From Myxococcota bacterium (lineage in GTDB: Bacteria > Myxococcota_A > UBA796 > SXON01), in assembly GCA_040386535.1 (NCBI GenBank), contig JAZKFH010000059.1, positions 1-39,491 of the forward strand: a stretch of DNA of 39,491 nt, in the 5' to 3' direction. The notes beneath the pieces were generated by a model that saw nothing but the letters and a program-made list of their open reading frames with translations, searched no databases and had not been told where the DNA came from. The position numbers and the translations under genes were made by a program. Below are positions 35,230 through 39,491 of this stretch, one piece after another (the first letter of the stretch is position 1; the number at the start of each line of letters is the position of its first letter).

Positions 35230-36966
35230 TCACCGCACGTACCCGAGTGCCTGCAATGCCCGCAGCGTCGCCGGATCGAGGTCCACGCCTGCGCCCGTCG
35301 TCGCCGCGGGGGCCGCCGCCCCGTCCACCCACGCCACGTCCGCACCGGTGGGCGCTCGCCGCGCGGTCTCGACGCCCACCGTCTCGCCGTCCCGCCACAC
35401 TGCCCGCGTGCCATCCGTGACCGCCCGCCGCTCGGTGGCCGCGGGGGAGAAGTCGTCGCCGAACAGCCTCTCCCACGTCGCGATCGTGCTGGGCGCGTGG
35501 GCGTGCACCTCCGCCCGGGCGTCCCGCGCCGGCGGCGGCGGCGTGTCACCGGCCAGGGCCAGGATCCAATCGTGCACCCACGCGAGGTCGACCGCCCGCT
35601 CGTCCACCGTGCCCGGATCCAACCGCCCTGGAAAGCGCGCCACGAGCGGGATCGACACGAGCGCCTCGTCGAGCCACACCATGTGTCCGAGGCGGCCCTG
35701 CTCGCCCAGGTGCTCGCCGTGGTCGGAGGTCACCACGAACAGCGTGTTCTCCGCGAGACCGGCCCGTTCCACCGCGGCCCACACCTCGCCGATCCGCGCG
35801 TCCACGTAGGCGATGCCGGCATCGTAGCGGTCGACCGTGCCGCGGACCCGCTCGGGCGGCGCCCGGTACAGGCCGTCCTGACACACCAGGTTCCCGCCGT
35901 CGTTGGTACCCGCGCCCAAGTCGACATCGCCGTGGCAACGCGCCCACGCCCGTGGCATGTCCCGCATCCACACCCGCCCGAGCGTGGCATCCAGCGGCGT
36001 GGGCGAATACCGCGAGCGGTGGGCGTCGGGCACGGTGCCCAGCGGCTCGTGCGCCTCGAGGAAGTTCACGAACAGGAACAGCGGCGCGCGGCCCGGCGTG
36101 GCCTCGATTTCACGCACCGCGGCGTCGGCGAGCGCGCGGCCGCCGAGATCATCGGGGCGCGCGAACACCAAGGGCAGGAGCAGCTGGCTCGCGAGCCCCT
36201 CGTCGCCGAGGAAGCGGAAGGTGCGGAACCCGCGGTCGAGGCCGGTGCCACCGGACACCCAGGCGTTGGCCGACAACCCGACGGTGCGGTACCCGCGCGC
36301 GGCCAGGGCGCCGGCGAGGGTCTGCGGGCCGGGATCGAGCCGGGGGTGGGACTCGGTGGCGCCGTGGGAGGAGGGGAGCAGGCCGGTGAACAGGCTGGCG
36401 TGGGCGGGCAGGGTCCACGAGCTGGTGGACCACGCGTGGGTGAAGCGGACGCCGTCGCGCGCGAGCCGATCGAGGTGGGGCGTCGTGTCGCGCGCGTATC
36501 CGTAGGCGCCCACGTGGTCGGCGCGCAGCGTGTCCACCACGAGGAGGACGACGTTGGGCCGATCGGACATCACCCCACCGTCGACCTCCGGCCGCGCGAG
36601 GCCCGCGATGGCCGCGCAGGCCCACGCCAGGACCGCGAGCAGGACCGCCCGGCGGGCCCCGATCACCGCCAGGATCACCAGCCCGGCATACGCCGCGCGC
36701 GGCGCCACGCCCGGATCGGCCATGGCCACGAGCACCAGCCATGGGATGGCCACGCCCCAGCGGCCGAAGGGCGCGAGGAGGCCGAACAGGGCGCCCACCA
36801 TGAGGTAGGCGAGGCCCCAGCGGGCCAGGTCGTCGGCCACGGCGCCCAGCACGGCCCGGCCGCCCACCCCGGCGTTGAGGACGGCGACCGCGCCGGCTTC
36901 GAGCGTCCAGAGGACGATGCCGGCCGAGGCGCCGTGGACCGCGGCGGGGACCAGCCGGTCGGCCAC
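35230..36966 (-). CDS. Membrane-anchored sulfatase-like (alkaline phosphatase superfamily) protein
   Basis: N-terminal TMs; PNVVLLVVDTLRADH, TPHLD, WTLPAHASLFTG, EAHEP, YDAGI.YVD, TSDHGE, LQALGYV; start uncertain (36966/36981). Confidence 0.85.
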   Translation of the reverse strand: MADRLVPAAVHGASAGIVLWTLEAGAVAVLNAGVGGRAVLGAVADDLARWGLAYLMVGALFGLLAPFGRWGVAIPWLVLVAMADPGVAPRAAYAGLVILAVIGARRAVLLAVLAWACAAIAGLARPEVDGGVMSDRPNVVLLVVDTLRADHVGAYGYARDTTPHLDRLARDGVRFTHAWSTSSWTLPAHASLFTGLLPSSHGATESHPRLDPGPQTLAGALAARGYRTVGLSANAWVSGGTGLDRGFRTFRFLGDEGLASQLLLPLVFARPDDLGGRALADAAVREIEATPGRAPLFLFVNFLEAHEPLGTVPDAHRSRYSPTPLDATLGRVWMRDMPRAWARCHGDVDLGAGTNDGGNLVCQDGLYRAPPERVRGTVDRYDAGIAYVDARIGEVWAAVERAGLAENTLFVVTSDHGEHLGEQGRLGHMVWLDEALVSIPLVARFPGRLDPGTVDERAVDLAWVHDWILALAGDTPPPPARDARAEVHAHAPSTIATWERLFGDDFSPAATERRAVTDGTRAVWRDGETVGVETARRAPTGADVAWVDGAAAPAATTGAGVDLDPATLRALQALGYVR

Positions 36967-37006
36967 GCGGGAGCCGGCCACACGCGGGTCGGCTACAGTC
37001 GGATCG

Positions 37007-37693
37007 ATGTTGCCCCTCCTCGCCCTCGTCGCATGCACCGGAGCGTATGACGGCCCGGCCCCCGGCGACGCGGGCGCGGCGGCGTTCGGCAAGGTGGTCA
37101 CGCTGTTGGGGGACGGGCTCGGCGACGTGGCGGTTTGTGGCCTTGATCTCGCCATCCCGTGCGTCCAATCGGCGGGTGACGGCGACTTCCTCCTCGAGCC
37201 GCTCCCGCTCGCGACGGACGTGGTGGTGACGATGGTGAAGGAGGGCCACCTGCCCACCGCGTACCTGCACCACACGGCGTTGGCCCAGGAGTGGCGCAAG
37301 ACGCTGATGCCCGACGCCATCGTGAACTCCATGACCAGCCGGGTGGACACGACCATCGATCCAACGTTGGGACACGTGCTGTTCATCCTCTGGGCCGGGC
37401 CCGACTACGACACCTTCGGCCGGGTGCCCGACGTGACGTTCACCATCGACGCGCCGGACGCCGTCACGTTCTACCAGGGCAGCGGCGGGATGCCCGATCC
37501 GGCGTTGACCGCCACCAGTGACAGCGGCTCGGGCGGGGTGTTCAACCTGCCGCCGGGCCGTTATTCTGTCACGTTCGCTGGCGGCGATTTCACGTGCGGA
37601 CCGTGGTTCTCGCCCGACTTCGTGGCGGGCCAGCCGGTGATTGTGCCGGCGATCGCCGGCTTCGCCTCCTACATGGACCTGGTGTGCACGTAG
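37007..37693 (+). CDS. Lipoprotein with carboxypeptidase-regulatory-like beta domains
   Basis: LVAC lipobox; DGDFLL, T..SGSGG.FNLPPG.Y.V. Confidence 0.72.
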   Translation: MLPLLALVACTGAYDGPAPGDAGAAAFGKVVTLLGDGLGDVAVCGLDLAIPCVQSAGDGDFLLEPLPLATDVVVTMVKEGHLPTAYLHHTALAQEWRKTLMPDAIVNSMTSRVDTTIDPTLGHVLFILWAGPDYDTFGRVPDVTFTIDAPDAVTFYQGSGGMPDPALTATSDSGSGGVFNLPPGRYSVTFAGGDFTCGPWFSPDFVAGQPVIVPAIAGFASYMDLVCT

Positions 37694-38535
37694 CGCTCCC
37701 AAGCGTGCGCGCGTTGGCTTTGGAGGCGGCGGTGGCGTGGGGCACGCTGGCGCTGGTGGTCGCCGTGTGGCATCCGGCGCTCACCGTGCTGGGCATGTTG
37801 GTCATCGCCACGCGCCAACACGCGCTGTTCATCCTCTACCACGACGCCGTGCACGGGCTGATCGCGCGCCCGCGGCGCCTCAACGATCTGCTCATCAACG
37901 TGTTCGTGGGCATTCCGCAGCTCCTGCCCATCCACGTGTACCGCGCGCTCCACCTGGTCCACCACCAGCACCTCGGCACCGAGCGCGATCCGGAGCGGCT
38001 GTTGCTCTACGCCGGGCAGCCCTGGGCGTACGCGCCGTTGCCGCCGCGCACGTTGGTTCGGCAGCTGCTCGGCGACTTGTTGGTGTGGAACAACCTCGCC
38101 ACCGGCCTGCGCTACCTGCGCGAGCGCCTCGCCCCGACCGGACGGCTCCGCCTGCCACCCGCGGTGGTGTACCCCGAGTTCTTCCTGCTCGCGGCGGGGT
38201 TCTGGGGCGTGGTGGCCCTCGGCGCGTGGTCCAACCCGGAGGTGGCCGCGCGGGCGGCGTTCGTGTGGGTCGTCCCCCTCCTCACGTTGACACAGGCGAT
38301 CCAGAAGGTGCGGTCGTTCGCGGAGCACGGCGCGAACGGCCTCTCGTATTCGTGGGCGCCGGGTTGGTTGGGCCGGCTCGTGTTGTGGCCGTACCACATC
38401 TCCTATCACCGCGAGCACCACGCGCGCCCGGACGTGCCGTGGTTCGAGCTGCCCGCGGCGTTTCCCGACCGGGACGCGCGGCCCGGATACACCCTCCCGG
38501 CGCTGTTGGTGGCGGATCCCGATCGGCGTTCGTGA
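37684..38535 (+). CDS. Membrane fatty acid desaturase family protein
   Basis: HDAVH, HLVHH, R..AEH, YHREHH..P.VPW..LP; GTG start at 37684 or 37705. Confidence 0.88.
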   Translation: MHVALPSVRALALEAAVAWGTLALVVAVWHPALTVLGMLVIATRQHALFILYHDAVHGLIARPRRLNDLLINVFVGIPQLLPIHVYRALHLVHHQHLGTERDPERLLLYAGQPWAYAPLPPRTLVRQLLGDLLVWNNLATGLRYLRERLAPTGRLRLPPAVVYPEFFLLAAGFWGVVALGAWSNPEVAARAAFVWVVPLLTLTQAIQKVRSFAEHGANGLSYSWAPGWLGRLVLWPYHISYHREHHARPDVPWFELPAAFPDRDARPGYTLPALLVADPDRRS

Positions 38536-38567
38536 CAGTCGGTGCCTCCTGGCGCTACGTTTGCCCG

Positions 38568-39353
38568 ATGTACGCTCGTGTCGCCTTCCTCGCCCTCTGT
38601 GGTCTGTTCGCGTGCGCGCGCCCGGCGCCGAGCGCTCCTTCGCCGGTCGCGGATCCCATCGCTGCGCCCATGGCCGCGTCGGCGTGGCCTGCCTCCTCTG
38701 TGCCGGGGGTCGTCGGCTGGCTCGGCCTGCGCGCGGGTGGGGCGGAAGAGCCCTACTGGACCGGCATCACGGGCACGTCCGCCCTGGTGGTGCTCGAGGG
38801 CGAGTGGGCCGGCGTTCCCGCGGGCGCCCCGGTCCGGATGGTCACCCGCGCGGGGGTGGCGCCGGTGCGGTTCGTCGGGGTCCAGCGGGGCCGCTTCGGG
38901 TGCGACGGCGGGACCGAGCTCACCGTGGCGGCGTTCGACGGCGTGCCGAGCGACGACCTCGCCTGGGTCCTGCCCGCCGAGGGCCCGGTCGCGACGGCCC
39001 TGCCCGTCACGGTCGCGGACACCGAGGCGGAGCGCGTGTGGACGGTCGGCGGCGAGCGCCTCGGCGTGACCCGCACCGGCACCTACACCGCGCGCGTCTG
39101 GGCGGGGGACAAACGGATCGTGCTGCGGACGATCGATCTCCGCGAGGGCCTCATGGCCGGCGCCGAGCTGCAGCCCGTAGACGTGCGCTCCGACCACTTC
39201 GTGCCCCAGGTCGTGGCAGGTTGGGAGGTGCAGGGCCGCGTCGTCCTGGCGGCCACATGGGGCAGCTTCGAAGGCGTCCACTTCAGCGTGTTCACGCTCG
39301 GCGCCACACCGGAGGAACACGAGGTCGGCTACCTGTACGCATGCGCGTTCTGA
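38568..39353 (+). CDS. Hypothetical lipoprotein
   Basis: MYARVAFLALCGLFAC lipobox; beta-rich; ends YLYACAF. Confidence 0.72.
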   Translation: MYARVAFLALCGLFACARPAPSAPSPVADPIAAPMAASAWPASSVPGVVGWLGLRAGGAEEPYWTGITGTSALVVLEGEWAGVPAGAPVRMVTRAGVAPVRFVGVQRGRFGCDGGTELTVAAFDGVPSDDLAWVLPAEGPVATALPVTVADTEAERVWTVGGERLGVTRTGTYTARVWAGDKRIVLRTIDLREGLMAGAELQPVDVRSDHFVPQVVAGWEVQGRVVLAATWGSFEGVHFSVFTLGATPEEHEVGYLYACAF

Positions 39354-39380
39354 TAGGAGCGAACTGCGTTGTTTGGATGC

Positions 39381-39491
39381 GGGCGCACCCCGCGCGGACG
39401 CGGGGCGGGTGTCCTCCGGGGTCGGGCTCCGCCCTCCGTCGGCCGGCTGCGGGCCGGCCGACGGGCGCGGGCGGTTGGCTCTCCCGAGGCA
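39381..39491 (+). repeat. Structured intergenic repeat, copy F (cut by window end)
   Basis: GGGCGCA-CCCCGCG cgga CGCGGGG-CG-GGTGTCCTCCGGGG-TC-GGGC tcc GCCC-TC-CGTCGGCCGGC..GCCGGCCGACG. Confidence 0.6.

Overview
A very GC-rich bacterial chromosomal window; the gene content is suggestive of Myxococcota or another deltaproteobacterial lineage (inference only). Recognisable genes include cobB(cbiA)-cobQ, a VOC protein, a quinone oxidoreductase, an HTH-PBP regulator divergent from modABC, a CotH kinase, a GMC oxidoreductase with a small partner, DUF2071, a DUF1287-like protein, a CrtD-like desaturase, an ADP-ribosylglycohydrolase, a c-type heme lipoprotein, an adenine/adenosine deaminase, a DUF2391/TIGR02588 pair, DUF2330, two membrane desaturases, a GNAT-like protein, a sulfatase-like protein and many unknown lipoproteins. 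The most interesting signals are non-coding or decayed. (1) Six intergenic copies of a ~130-155 bp element share a multi-branch fold with compensatory changes despite divergent sequence. (2) A 158-bp MITE occurs twice, and one copy has split a decayed GyrB/ParE-like ATPase gene, with a TCA target duplication. (3) Two sigma54 promoters, each preceded by ATGCGCGCGCAT palindromes, drive unknown secreted proteins, one of which carries unusual (IPPDPY)3 and (HNPPG)4 repeats. No CRISPR array, tRNA, rRNA or transposase gene was recognised. All family calls come from motif recognition by eye, not from database searches.
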